DNA of 63,319 bases, counting the filler. It is 10 parts of 10 records of this genome, joined end to end, with 100 filler letters (N's around TTAATTAATTAA, not from the genome) between each part and the next. Parts side by side here need not be neighbours in the genome. Positions count along the whole stretch, not along the records: positions 40,554 to 50,993 come from SRR20825010_1123; positions 51,094 to 55,124 come from SRR20825010_1134; 8 more parts are not named here. The stretch is one strand, 5' to 3'. Positions within the stretch are counted from its first letter, which is position 1. The number at the start of each line of letters is the position of its first letter. Below are positions 43,601 through 53,567 of the stretch, piece after piece. The notes under the pieces were generated by a model. The model had not been told where the DNA came from. It saw only the letters and a program-made list of their open reading frames with translations, and did not search any database. The position numbers and the translations under genes were made by a program.

Positions 43601-43766
43601 CCGAATTGGCCGGTGCAGATGGCTTGCAACCGATCCAACAACACAGACACAACAGCCCCAAACACCAACCAAGCGGCCAGCACCAACCATCATTGCGACG
43701 AGCAAACGTCGTCGGACGCGTGAAAGTCGCCTTGGCAAAGTTCGTCAAAAGGATCGATGGCTGCAT
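40683..43766 (-). CDS. TPR + FG-GAP repeat + ASPIC/UnbV (CRTAC1-like) protein, possible lipoprotein
   Basis: repeated DxD/NxDGxxD motifs, C-terminal RDAIGA...LHFGLG...VQWPSG; start codon uncertain. Confidence 0.88.
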   Translation of the reverse strand: MQPSILLTNFAKATFTRPTTFARRNDGWCWPLGWCLGLLCLCCWIGCKPSAPANSVVPNEEPKPVVNEPFSIREQIAQQVRDGRPAEAIKLLDELIATKPADEVALASQAASLAFEAGDASEAMRRLRELIQDHPQNVELRRDYAGLLAQRGYRFDANEQYRLLAGRVGLSPPELIGLIYPHRPQVNFESKPDIKDRDAVDRKGVLSVVAALRSRGDLQEAIDVLTTNDEIKRNDPAAVAMLGWLYASAQQESQWIDWAIETDAKRLRRYPAYWLSWGTALRDGVLASQTDVKPATLSRRNDFAARCFLEAIRREPHSQVAWDSLSATLEVLDAESKVVSVREGSLKDARERLSERLLQLDETQWLANQLWNAQSSPMSREEQAEMFDRLADLLWKQGCLGESLGWQSLLASMHPIKDWSTLRRTTQETFTKHPKGIDERVLLVGLVPERFADQSSVWMEALAMRTRSETATGNPPPTSIESTQARLVDVASEVGIQFQWFNAVDPVESEFRLHEPLGGGVACLDFDADGRVDFYFNQAAGEATTHSGVKPNALYRQLDGKFTNIVDVSMSDDRGYGHGVTAGDWNQDGWPDLLLANFGENALLINQADGTFEKHLLSELSETESVSSESFTLSAAIADVTGDQLPDIVEINYVDDSAVRKPIERTPDGTPVKLPGPLHFQPALSEVLVSNGKGAGRRQSLGDSEQSRSTGMGVMIADMDQQPGNEIFVANDQRANHFWFQAGDANGEQEWRNQAAIRGVAVGPGGDKNACMGIAMADFNRDQKLDLHVSNFYNEWANHFCQTSSGMFTDRAVAFGIDQLTSRTTGFGVQGLDYDNNGWIDLLVANGHVEDLTDRGTPFRMKTQLLVNQGKRFELAEMDDPDGQWERERLGRGVATCDFDRDGRLDAVVTCADSAAELLRNETEAVGNYIQLRLVGTRSERDAIGAHIELTAGAQVWTSAVTAGDGYACRNEAILHFGLGDVATLDSIAVQWPSGEVQRWNAIDSKPIDVNQRVGIVEGLKEPFEDR

Positions 43767-43953
43767 GCATTGATCATAGCCGAATGGCCACAAACGAAGC
43801 GATCCGTGACGGGTTTTCTCCCGCCGCGGATCATTGAGAAGCTTGCGATAAGCATCGAAGAAAAGTGCAGCCAACTGGCGGCCAATCCTCCAACCTTCCC
43901 GGCACTCAACCGCGGAAGGTGGATTCAAATTTCACCCTGAGTTCTTGACCGGA

Positions 43954-46044
43954 TTACTTGGGCGGCGCGTTGCAGACATAGATCCGCATTGAATGACGCC
44001 CAACTTCGACGATTCGATTGTTCGGAGGCATTGGACCATCGACATCAGGGTAGATGTCTTCTGGCGGTGATGCCGCGGTGTCGACAAACAGATTCCACTG
44101 TGTTCCACGAGCAATCGCCGGGAAGTGGAATTCGCGGTGATCGCCGGTGCTGTTGAACATCAAGATCACGTCTCGTCCCAAACCTTCCGGATCATCGATT
44201 CGGCTCGGGGCAGCAATGTATGCCGCCATCGCCAATTCACCTTGATCCCAATTCAACGGGTCGCCCGATGGACCGTACCAAGACACGTCCGGCACCTTCC
44301 GACCATCAACCGGTTGACCAGTCAAGTATTCGCGACGACGGATCGTTGGTTGGTTCTTTCGGAAATCAATCAATGCACTGACAAAGCGGACCAAGTCAGC
44401 GTTCTTTTCGACGAGTCGCCAATCGAACCACGAGATATCAGTGTCTTGGCAGTAGGCGTTGTTGTTACCCTTCTGCGTTCGGCGAGCCTCGTCACCGCTG
44501 ACGATCATTGGCACGCCTTGGCTGGTCAACAACGTCGCCAACATGTTGCGAACTTGCTGGCTGCGGATCGTGCTGATCGCCTTCTTTCGCGTCGGGCCTT
44601 CCACACCATAGTTGTCACTGATGTTGTGGTTGTCACCGTCGTTGTTGTCTTCACCGTTGGCTTCGTTGTGCTTGTCCTTGTACGAAACCAAATCGTTCAT
44701 GGTGAAACCATCATGCGTGGTCACCAAGTTCACACTGCAAGACGGCGGACGTCCGGCGTGTTGATACAAATCGCTGCTGCCTGCCAATCGAGTTGCCAGG
44801 GGGCCGAGAGTTCCAGCGTCACCACGCCAAAAACCTCGCACATCGTCACGGTATCGGCCGTTCCATTCCGCCCAGCGGTGATTGCCAAAGCTACCGACTT
44901 GGTAGGCACCCGCTGCGTCCCAGGCTTCAGCAATGATCTTGGTGTCGGCCAACATCGGATCTTCCGCGATCAGTTCCACCATCGGTGGGTTGGGAATCAA
45001 GTTCCCGCTCCTATCGCGGCTCAAAATACTGGCCAAGTCGAACCGGAAGCCATCGATGTGGTAGTTGTGGACCCAGTGTCGCAAGCAATGAAAAATCATC
45101 TCGCGAACGACGGGGTGATTCCCATTGATCGTGTTGCCGCAACCGCTGTAGTTGCAGTAATGCTGGCCTTCCGAAAGGATGTAATAGACTTGGTTTTCAA
45201 GTCCTTTGAATGATAGCGTCGGACCTTGTTCGTTGCCTTCGCAGGTGTGATTGAACACAACGTCAAGAATGACTTCGATGCCCGCGGAGTGCAGAGCCTT
45301 GACCATCTGCTTGAACTCGTTGACCTGAGCACCAGGAGCCGAGTCGTGTGCATAACCGCGATGAGGCGCGAAGAACGCCATCGGGTCATATCCCCAATAG
45401 TTCGGTCGCGAAAGCTTTTTGCCCTGCGGGTCCCGAATGGGGAACTCGTGCACCGGCATCAATTCAACCGAAGTGACGCCCAATGACTTCAGATATGGAA
45501 TCTTTTCAATCACACCGAGGTAACTGCCAGGAGCTTTGACTTTGGCGGTCTTGCTCTTGGTGAAACCACGAACGTGCATTTCATAAATGATCGATTCGCT
45601 GACGTCACGACGAACGTGACGATCGCCTTCCCAATCAAACGTGCCATCGACGACCACGCACTTTGGCGGACGCACGACACCATCGGTTTGCTTTTGGTAG
45701 GTTCCCGCCAACGCCTGAGCATAAGGATCGATCAACCGAGCCGTGGAGTCGAACCGGTGACCATTTTCAGGTTCCCAGGGTCCGCTGGCTTGGAAATGAT
45801 AAAGTTGGCCTGCTTCGAGGCCCGGTACGTGCAAGCTCCAAACGTCACCCCAACGGTCGGTTCCCCGATCGAAGTCAATGACTTGAGCTGGTTCGCGATC
45901 GGTCACCTTGTTGTACAGCAACAACCGCATTTCGGTTGCGGAACGGCTGAAGACCGAAAACTGCACTCCCTTCTCCGTGAGCGTCGCTCCGAATGGCGGG
46001 GAGTAGGCGAACTGAAGATCGGGGCACGGTTGTCGCATCAGCAT
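43954..46044 (-). CDS. glgX: glycogen debranching enzyme (GH13)
   Basis: NYWGY, DVVFNHT, DGFRFDLAS, AEAWD, HDGFT, GNNNAYCQD; AAGGAG before 46044. Confidence 0.96.
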   Translation of the reverse strand: MLMRQPCPDLQFAYSPPFGATLTEKGVQFSVFSRSATEMRLLLYNKVTDREPAQVIDFDRGTDRWGDVWSLHVPGLEAGQLYHFQASGPWEPENGHRFDSTARLIDPYAQALAGTYQKQTDGVVRPPKCVVVDGTFDWEGDRHVRRDVSESIIYEMHVRGFTKSKTAKVKAPGSYLGVIEKIPYLKSLGVTSVELMPVHEFPIRDPQGKKLSRPNYWGYDPMAFFAPHRGYAHDSAPGAQVNEFKQMVKALHSAGIEVILDVVFNHTCEGNEQGPTLSFKGLENQVYYILSEGQHYCNYSGCGNTINGNHPVVREMIFHCLRHWVHNYHIDGFRFDLASILSRDRSGNLIPNPPMVELIAEDPMLADTKIIAEAWDAAGAYQVGSFGNHRWAEWNGRYRDDVRGFWRGDAGTLGPLATRLAGSSDLYQHAGRPPSCSVNLVTTHDGFTMNDLVSYKDKHNEANGEDNNDGDNHNISDNYGVEGPTRKKAISTIRSQQVRNMLATLLTSQGVPMIVSGDEARRTQKGNNNAYCQDTDISWFDWRLVEKNADLVRFVSALIDFRKNQPTIRRREYLTGQPVDGRKVPDVSWYGPSGDPLNWDQGELAMAAYIAAPSRIDDPEGLGRDVILMFNSTGDHREFHFPAIARGTQWNLFVDTAASPPEDIYPDVDGPMPPNNRIVEVGRHSMRIYVCNAPPK

Positions 46045-46545
46045 GTAGAGATCGCTCCTTGAGTCGCTGGCCTGATTCGGCTGTCGTGGTCCTTCGAGAC
46101 CATCGTGTGCTCGGCGAAGTTCGCTGAACCCACTTGTGACGAACCGGTCAGGCATTTTCCAGTTGTCCGCTCAACCCTAGCACTCGATCACGGATCGGCA
46201 GGCGAAACCCACCACCACGGATCAAATCTGACCATGGACGAAACTCCCTGCATCAAACGAATCGATCGATTCATCAAGGCAAGCTGTTCCGGCACCACTT
46301 ATGATGCAGATCAGAACACTATTCCGGGCTCAGCCAAAAGGATTGGATGAATCCGACAACCTTTCATTTCAGTCGCTCTCAAACGTCTCCCAAAGAGGAA
46401 ATTTAGAATCGTGTGACTGCACCATGATATCGTGCATCCAAGCGTCAGAGTTACAAACACGACCACCCGCAGGCGGCCCTGTCGCCCATCTCCCCTTGCA
46501 AACAAATACAGGTCCAGATTCCGCCCTGACACATTGAACAGGTCT

Positions 46546-46995
46546 ATGAACGAACAAAACCCGTACCAAACAACCATTGAAATTGCCGAAGACCCGTACA
46601 GCACCGCCGGCATGCGGTACGGCGGGATCGGCCGCCTGGCTTTTGCACTCGGCTATTTTGGGATCACGGCAATGCAGTGGATTCTCGCCGCAGTGGCATA
46701 TTCGGTGACCGAAGCCGGAGTGGTTGCGGTCGATGTCCCGCTGGCACTGATTGCGGGAGTGGCCACGATTGCTCTGTCTTGGTACCGAATGATCAATCAG
46801 GGCAGCAGCGGTTTTTGGGGCTTCGCGACGATCATCCCGCTGGTCAACCTTTTTGTCTTCCTGCGCTGCATGGTCTGCCCGGAAGGCTACGCAGACACCA
46901 AAACACTTGACACTGCGGGCAAGGTCATTGGTCTGGTGCTGTTTATCATGTTGCTAGGCTTCATCGGAATGTTTTTCTTCATCTTCTCGATGTGA
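46546..46995 (+). CDS. small membrane protein, DUF805-like
   Basis: planctomycete NPY N-terminus; R...G.SG.W...IPLVN pattern; four hydrophobic segments. Confidence 0.7.
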   Translation: MNEQNPYQTTIEIAEDPYSTAGMRYGGIGRLAFALGYFGITAMQWILAAVAYSVTEAGVVAVDVPLALIAGVATIALSWYRMINQGSSGFWGFATIIPLVNLFVFLRCMVCPEGYADTKTLDTAGKVIGLVLFIMLLGFIGMFFFIFSM

Positions 46996-47042
46996 TGCCT
47001 CACCGCTTAGCCAACTCGCCTCCATTGATGCAAACGACCATC

Positions 47043-47084
47043 TCAGGCAGAAAGGCTGGGTACTTTCGCCCATCCTCTGCCTGA
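47043..47084. terminator. hairpin between convergent genes
   Basis: TCAGGCAGA...TCTGCCTGA 9-bp stem, no U-tract. Confidence 0.55.
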
Positions 47085-47112
47085 CCGAGTGAAGCGAACC
47101 CTTTCTCGACGA

Positions 47113-48168
47113 TCAAGGAATTTGAATCACTTCGTGCCCTGCTCGTGTCGACATGGACTGCCAAAGTTCAAGTTCAACAGAATCCGTGATGAAGCGAACC
47201 GAACCATCCAGCAACGACACGTGCACACCACCCTGGTGATAACTTCGAGAAGTGACCGCTGCGTAGGTGCGAACACCTGCCGGAGGCGACTTGCCTTCCC
47301 GCATGTTGGTGAAGTCAATGTCGTATTCCACGCCAGAGATCTCGCACAGAACTTTCTTGTTCGGTGAAAAGACTGTCGTCACACCGGCCTGGTGCACACG
47401 GCCATCAATCCATTCGGTGTGTCCCGTCTCAGTTTTAAAATCACCACCCAGAGCACAAATCTCGTCCGTGTTGATCGGCATCGTCATCGTTCCGCTGTGC
47501 TTCGCGTCACGAGCATACGGTGTCCAACCCTTGACCTCCGCCAGAGCCATTGTGTTGCTGGTCCCGTCCAAACAATCGCGAAAACCGAGATAGCGACCGG
47601 GAACGAACATCCCATCGCCCACCTGATTCGTGGCTTCATCCAGCACAAACCAAACACCCTCGTTGGTGGCGTAATTCAGTTTGTAATACTGTGGGCCGGA
47701 TGATCCAAAGCGAGGGTTATCCCGCGGATCGCTGGGGCACTGATAAGCAGCGACCCGAAACGAAGATGTGGGAACTTGAACGCCATCAATCGTCAAATAG
47801 GACTCTCCGTAATCACGGCTGAAGTCGACCCCTTCGGACAAAGCCGCTTCCTCCAAAAACGGAAGAATGCGAGCCTGCATTGACCACCCCGATCCCTGGC
47901 CTGGGTTCGTCCAAGCCGGCGGCAGCTTTTTGTAGGCCGATTCGTAGTTGTGGATCGCGAGAGAGACTTGTTTGAGATTGTTGCCACAGCTCATCCGCCG
48001 GGCGGCCTCGCGGGCGGCTTGAACGGCGGGCAGCAACAATCCGACCAGAACGCCAATGATGGCGATCACAACCAACAGTTCCACCAAAGTGAACCCAGGC
48101 CGCATCGTCGCGGGGGATTGATTCGTCGAAGGGGCGGTGATGAGTTTCGATGGTGCGAGCGAGCGCAT
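47113..48168 (-). CDS. DUF1559 prepilin-type N-terminal cleavage/methylation protein
   Basis: GFTLVELLVVIAIIGVLVGLLLPAVQAAREAARR, CPSD, DGTSNT, H-X9-DG. Confidence 0.95.
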   Translation of the reverse strand: MRSLAPSKLITAPSTNQSPATMRPGFTLVELLVVIAIIGVLVGLLLPAVQAAREAARRMSCGNNLKQVSLAIHNYESAYKKLPPAWTNPGQGSGWSMQARILPFLEEAALSEGVDFSRDYGESYLTIDGVQVPTSSFRVAAYQCPSDPRDNPRFGSSGPQYYKLNYATNEGVWFVLDEATNQVGDGMFVPGRYLGFRDCLDGTSNTMALAEVKGWTPYARDAKHSGTMTMPINTDEICALGGDFKTETGHTEWIDGRVHQAGVTTVFSPNKKVLCEISGVEYDIDFTNMREGKSPPAGVRTYAAVTSRSYHQGGVHVSLLDGSVRFITDSVELELWQSMSTRAGHEVIQIP

Positions 48169-48603
48169 GCAATTGTCCCGAAAACAGGTTTTCGTTGAAG
48201 AACAAGCATGGCTGGCGAGAAGTCGCGGCCGATGAAAGGGGCAATCTGGCAAACGAACGCGTTTTGTTTGCTTGTCAGATACGTGAGGCATCGGAGCGTT
48301 CTTCAATGGCTGGCTAGCTTTTGAAGGTGATCCGGGGGACTCTAATGCGATCGACTCGCATTATCAAACCCTTCATGGCCATAATGCTCAAAACACAGCC
48401 CCCTCTTTCAGCTGCCAGCTGGCAATGACGACTGGCCGCCAACTGGTAGGAGGGGATTTCGCCAGCGTTTGAGCCCCTCGCCCTTGAACATTTCACCTGG
48501 TTTAACGTAATATCTGGGATTCGACCGACAGCGAATTCACTTGACCGACGGTTCTGTCGAAAACCACCGTCGTAACACCCTCATTGGCTCGAGTTTGAAC
48601 GTC

Positions 48604-48849
48604 ATGCAAGACGGCATTCACCCCAACTACCAAGAAACGTCCGTCACCTGCGGTTGCGGCAACACTTTCACCACCCGCAGCACGCGTCCCGAGCTGAAAA
48701 TCGACATTTGCAGCGAGTGCCACCCGTTCTACACCGGCAAACTGAAATACGTTGACACCGCCGGTCGTATCGACAAGTTCCAGAAGAAATTTGCTGCTGG
48801 TACCTACGGATCGTTGCAAAAGAAGAAGGCTAAGAAAGCCACCAAATGA
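48604..48849 (+). CDS. rpmE: 50S ribosomal protein L31 (zinc-binding form)
   Basis: [25 protein letters not shown]. Confidence 0.97.
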
Positions 48850-49928
48850 GCGGATCTATCCGCGACATCCTCGAGGAAAAACTGGCGCGTTTCGAGAAAC
48901 TCGAAAACGACATGTCCGACCCGGAAGTTCTCTCCGATGGTGCTCGCATGAGCGCGACGGCCCGAGAACACGGTGGACTAAACCGCTTGGCCAACCAATA
49001 CCGGACCTTCAAACGCCTGACGGACGAAATCCATCAGTGCGTGGCGATGGTCGCGGACGCTGAGGATGTCGATGAACGAGAAATGGCGGAATCCGAGATG
49101 GAATCGCTCCGGAAGGAACGCGAAACCGTTTGGGAAGATCTGCTTTCACTGACCGTTGGCGGCGAAGACTCTCACCGCACGCGGTGCGTGATGGAAATCC
49201 GCGCCGGCACCGGCGGCGATGAAGCAGCCTTGTTCGCACGTGACTTGTTCGAAATGTACACCCGCTACGCCGAAAAAGTGGGTTGGAAGACCGAACTGAT
49301 GGACGCCAGCCCCACGGAAATGGGCGGCTTTAAAGATGTCACGTTGACCCTCGAAGGCGACAATGTCTTTCGTGACCTGCAGTACGAATCCGGTGGTCAC
49401 CGTGTCCAACGCGTTCCTGAAACGGAAACACAAGGTCGCGTGCACACCTCCGCCGCAACTGTCGCGGTGATGCCCGAACCGGAAGATGTCGAAATCGATC
49501 TGAAACCAGACGATTACCGCAAAGACTTCTTCGGTGCTTCCGGCCCCGGCGGCCAGCACGTCAACAAAACCGACTCGGCCGTGCGACTGACTCACCATGA
49601 AACAGGCATCGTCGTGCAATGCCAGGACGAGAAAAGCCAGCACAAAAACCTGGCGAAAGCCCTCCGCGTTTTGAAGGCTCGGATCTACGAGAAAAAGCGT
49701 GAAGAGGAAGCTGCCAAGCAAGCTGAGGCACGCAAAGGATTGATCGGTTCCGGCGACCGAAGCCAACGCATCCGAACGTACAACTTCCCGCAAAATCGGT
49801 TGACCGATCACCGCATCAACCTAACGATTTACAAACTCGATCAAATCATCGCGGGCGATCTCAATCCTGTTACCGAAGCGTTGATCGAATATGATCGCGA
49901 TCAACTCCGCGGCGACATGATTGACTAA
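48846..49928 (+). CDS. prfA: peptide chain release factor 1
   Basis: PET tripeptide in [11 protein letters not shown]. Confidence 0.97.
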
Positions 49929-49931
49929 TTT

Positions 49932-50822
49932 ATGGCTGAAACCAGCAACGACACCCCGTGGACCGTCATGCGTCTGCTGGAATGGACCACGGACTTCTTC
50001 CGGAAAAAGGGCAGCGAATCGCCGCGATTGGATGCGGAAATCCTGCTCGCCCATGCGCGTGGTTGCCAACGCATTGAGCTCTACACGTCGTTCGATAAAG
50101 TCCCCGAAGAAGAACAACGCGTCGCCTTTCGCGAACTCGTTCGACGACGCGGTGAAGGCGCCCCCGTCGCCCAACTGGTCGGCTACCGTGAGTTCTACTC
50201 GATCTCCATTCGCGTCGACGAGAACGTGTTGGTGCCCCGGCCCGAAACTGAGCACTTGGTCATCGAAGCCATCGACCAAATCAAAGGTCGTCTGTCAGAC
50301 CGCCCCAGCCCAACGGTGCTGGACATCGGAACCGGCAGCGGAGCGATCGCGGTTGCAATCGCCAAGTCGCTGCCAAAGACGCAAGTCACCGCCGTCGACA
50401 TCAGCTTGACCGCTCTCGACATCGCCAAATGGAACGTCGAGAACCTGAAGCTCTCCGATCGAGTCACGCTGTTGCAAAGCGATTTGTTCGATGGGCTGGA
50501 ACCCGACCAAACCTTCGACGTGATCTGCAGCAACCCACCTTACATCAGCCAATCCGAGTACGACGAACTGCCAACCACCGTCCGTGAATTCGAACCTCGC
50601 GGCGCGTTGCTATCGGGTCCCGATGGAACCGAGATCATCGCTCGGTTGCTCACCGATTCGGTCCAGCGTCTGAACGATGGCGGCCAACTGATCATCGAAC
50701 TCAGCCCCATGATCGCGGGCGCCTGCAAGACGTTGGCCGAGCAAAACGGTGGCTACAAAGAGATCCACCTGATCAAAGACCTCGCCGGCCACGAACGCAT
50801 CCTCTCGATGCAAAAAGCCTGA
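49932..50822 (+). CDS. prmC: release factor glutamine methyltransferase
   Basis: PRPETE, DIGTGSG, NPPY. Confidence 0.96.
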   Translation: MAETSNDTPWTVMRLLEWTTDFFRKKGSESPRLDAEILLAHARGCQRIELYTSFDKVPEEEQRVAFRELVRRRGEGAPVAQLVGYREFYSISIRVDENVLVPRPETEHLVIEAIDQIKGRLSDRPSPTVLDIGTGSGAIAVAIAKSLPKTQVTAVDISLTALDIAKWNVENLKLSDRVTLLQSDLFDGLEPDQTFDVICSNPPYISQSEYDELPTTVREFEPRGALLSGPDGTEIIARLLTDSVQRLNDGGQLIIELSPMIAGACKTLAEQNGGYKEIHLIKDLAGHERILSMQKA

Positions 50823-50851
50823 ACCGGTCCGCGCTGAGGCTCTCTAATCAA

Positions 50852-50993
50852 GTTGCCGACAGAGGCCCTCTGTCGGTGAAAGATTCCAGCAATGCAGCAG
50901 ACATCGGCAAACTCATCACCCCTGACCTGCGGGGAAACCAAACGCTTCCGCGTTGGGTTGCGCTCATGCCGACGGAGAGCCTCCGTCGGCTAC
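50852..50993. repeat. inverted pair of REP-like palindromes (GTAG family)
   Basis: GTTGCCGACAGAG-GCC-CTCTGTCGG at 50852-50876 and GCCGACGGAG-AGC-CTCCGTCGGCTAC at 50968-50993. Confidence 0.7.
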
Positions 50994-51094
50994 NNNNNNN
51001 NNNNNNNNNNNNNNNNNNNNNNNNNNNNNNNNNNNNNTTAATTAATTAANNNNNNNNNNNNNNNNNNNNNNNNNNNNNNNNNNNNNNNNNNNNG

Positions 51095-51400
51095 GCGCGG
51101 GACGAAAGCTATCCGCGCAATGCCGTGACGGACGGAACCTTGCGCCTGACGCTTTGGCAGGTTGATCACACGCTGGACGTGGCCGGTTTCGACCGGCGGG
51201 CGAATATCGGTCTGCACCACCTTGCCATCGAAGTGCCGGACGAAGATGTCCTGCATGCCACCGCCGCGCGGGTACGGGACTGGCCGGGAGTGGAAGTCGA
51301 GTTCATGCCGGAATTTATGGGTAAGGGGCCGAGGAAGCACATGATGTTTCGCGAGCCGGGCGGTATTCGCCTGGAGCTGGTCTGGCCGGGCGCCGCGTAG
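51095..51400 (+). CDS. VOC/glyoxalase family protein, 5' truncated
   Basis: GLHHLAI and EPGGIRLE motifs. Confidence 0.85.
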   Translation, partial: ARDESYPRNAVTDGTLRLTLWQVDHTLDVAGFDRRANIGLHHLAIEVPDEDVLHATAARVRDWPGVEVEFMPEFMGKGPRKHMMFREPGGIRLELVWPGAA

Positions 51401-51415
51401 GCGGTCAATACCGGC

Positions 51416-51901
51416 TCAGCGCCAGCGCGACTCGGCCGCCATCTCGTTCAATGTCAATCCGCTAAGCTCGAAATCCGCAGCCTGATATTGCCGGCTGCCG
51501 ATATGATTATAGAATTCGATGGCAACCGAATTGGTTGGCAGGGACTGCCAGACCACCCAGGATCCGCCGCGTGCGATGGTTTCCGCCGCGACGGCGCCGA
51601 TCAGCGCGCGTCCGGCACCGGTGCCGCGGGCCCGGTCGTCGACATAGAGGTCGAGCATGTGAATACCCGGTGTGCCGAGGCCGATATTAAAACTGTTGAT
51701 GAAGATGGTGTAGCCGATCAGATCTGCATCCCTCTCCGCGACGATACCGTCGAACCGCTTGTGTTCGCCGAAGCCGTACCGGATCACATCCGACGCATCG
51801 AAGGGGGGCGGCGGCATGCCTTCATGGGCTGACAGGGCGGCAGCCATCTCCGCCACGCGCTCTGCATCCTTTTCCTGAAGTGCCCTGACCTGGAACTTCA
51901 T
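51416..51901 (-). CDS. GNAT family N-acetyltransferase
   Basis: DLYVDDRARGTGAGRAL, N..AIEFY. Confidence 0.9.
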   Translation of the reverse strand: MKFQVRALQEKDAERVAEMAAALSAHEGMPPPPFDASDVIRYGFGEHKRFDGIVAERDADLIGYTIFINSFNIGLGTPGIHMLDLYVDDRARGTGAGRALIGAVAAETIARGGSWVVWQSLPTNSVAIEFYNHIGSRQYQAADFELSGLTLNEMAAESRWR

Positions 51902-51987
51902 TATGATCTCCCTCATGATGCGGGTTGGAAACCTCGGGCTGTGATGCAACATAATGCTAAAGCCTTGAGGAAAGTGAAGTAGCGAAG

Positions 51988-52722
51988 ATGACCACGCGAA
52001 AAAAGAGTGGTGGGATTGTCAACAAACCGGCGGCCGGGCCGGTTTCGTCCCAATCCGATATCGATGCTTTTGTACGCCGGGTCCGTACGGCCCCCGCCGC
52101 CGTTCCGGCGGGCCGTCCGGGACGGCTTCTGTTCGCGATGGATGCAACGGCCAGCCGGGAGCCTTCCTGGGACCGGGCCTGCCAGCTTCAGGGAGAGATG
52201 TTTTCGGAGACGGATGCCCTTGGTGGCCTCGCCGTACAGCTCGCCTATTATCGTGGTTTTGGTGAATTCAAGGCCAGCGCCTGGCTGACGGATACGAAAA
52301 AGCTGCTGCGCGAGATGACCGGCGTCTTCTGCCTCGGAGGCCAGACCCAGATCGACCGTTTGCTTGGCCATGCCATCGCGGAGACCGGTAAGGAGAGAGT
52401 GCAGGCTTTGGTATTTGTCGGCGATGCCTTTGAAGAGGATATCGATGCTGTCTGTCATCGTGCCGGCGAGCTTGGTGTTCTCGGGGTTCCGGTCTTCATT
52501 TTTCATGAAGGCGGCGATCCGGTCGCGCGGCGGGCTTTCGAGCAGATTGCCCGGCTGACCAAGGGGGCGTGCTGCCCGTTCGATGGCAACAGCGCCCAGC
52601 AGCTCCGCGATTTGCTGGGAGCTGTCGCGGTTTATGCCGCGGGAGGCCGCAAGGCCCTGCAGGATTTCTCGTCGCGGCGTGGCGGGGCAGCGCTGCAGCT
52701 GACCCATCGTTTCGGTAAATGA
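51988..52722 (+). CDS. VWA domain protein
   Basis: MIDAS-like FAMDATASR, GGQT, FVGD. Confidence 0.85.
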   Translation: MTTRKKSGGIVNKPAAGPVSSQSDIDAFVRRVRTAPAAVPAGRPGRLLFAMDATASREPSWDRACQLQGEMFSETDALGGLAVQLAYYRGFGEFKASAWLTDTKKLLREMTGVFCLGGQTQIDRLLGHAIAETGKERVQALVFVGDAFEEDIDAVCHRAGELGVLGVPVFIFHEGGDPVARRAFEQIARLTKGACCPFDGNSAQQLRDLLGAVAVYAAGGRKALQDFSSRRGGAALQLTHRFGK

Positions 52723-52747
52723 CAGCGCCCGGCGGGAGGAGAACCAC

Positions 52748-53464
52748 GTGCAGTTTCTGATACTGGGCGGCAGCCTGTTGGTCGGGCTCGGTCTGATCGG
52801 CTACTGGTTCGTCAATGCGGATCCGGCCAAGATCCGGGCGTCGGCGAAATGGGTCGGCCTCAGTCTGCTTGGCCTTCTGGTCGTCGCGCTGATTTTCTTC
52901 CGGCGTTTCGACTGGTTGATGTATGCGGGCTTGATTGGACTTCCCATGCTCATGCGGGCCGGTGCTCTTTTCCGCCGTTTCCGGAATGCGGTGAAGATGG
53001 CGCGTGGCCCGTCCTCCGGGCAGAGCAGTTCCGTTCGTACCGAGACACTGGACGTCACCCTCGACCATGACAGCGGCGCCATGGAAGGCGAGGTGTTGCG
53101 CGGCAGATTCCGGGGCGCCAGGCTTTCCGATCTGACATTCGAGGACCTGCTTGAGCTGCTGCGGGATTGCGACCGGAACGATCCGCAATCCCTGGCGGTG
53201 CTGGAAAGCTATCTCGATTCCCTGCATGGAACTGAGTGGCGGGACCGGGCCGGAGAGGGGGGCGGGCATGCGGAAGCCGCGACCGATGGAACCATGTCGC
53301 GGGCGCGCGCGTTAGAGATTTTGGGACTGGAAGACAACCCGGAACCGGCCGCGATTCGGGAGGCGCATCGTCGATTGATGATGGTCAATCACCCCGACCG
53401 GGGCGGGTCCGATTACCTTGCAGCCCAGATCAACGAGGCGAAAGACGTTCTGCTCGGCTCTTGA
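52748..53464 (+). CDS. membrane-anchored J-domain protein (Tim14/Pam18-like C-terminal J domain)
   Basis: three N-terminal hydrophobic segments; MSRARALEILGL...REAHRRLMMVNHPDRGGSDYLAAQINEAKD. Confidence 0.9.
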   Translation: MQFLILGGSLLVGLGLIGYWFVNADPAKIRASAKWVGLSLLGLLVVALIFFRRFDWLMYAGLIGLPMLMRAGALFRRFRNAVKMARGPSSGQSSSVRTETLDVTLDHDSGAMEGEVLRGRFRGARLSDLTFEDLLELLRDCDRNDPQSLAVLESYLDSLHGTEWRDRAGEGGGHAEAATDGTMSRARALEILGLEDNPEPAAIREAHRRLMMVNHPDRGGSDYLAAQINEAKDVLLGS

Positions 53465-53567
53465 GCCAAGCGATCCTTGCGGTTTTCGCCGGTTATGTGC
53501 CAATAACGGAGCCCCTTGCCGGTCGTCATGGCGGGTGGCGACCCAAGCAACGAATCGAGGTTCAGAT

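Noticed and set aside
47113-48168. DUF1559 prepilin-like protein as a novel system
   Set aside because: Very large, routine paralog family in planctomycetes with no unusual neighbours here
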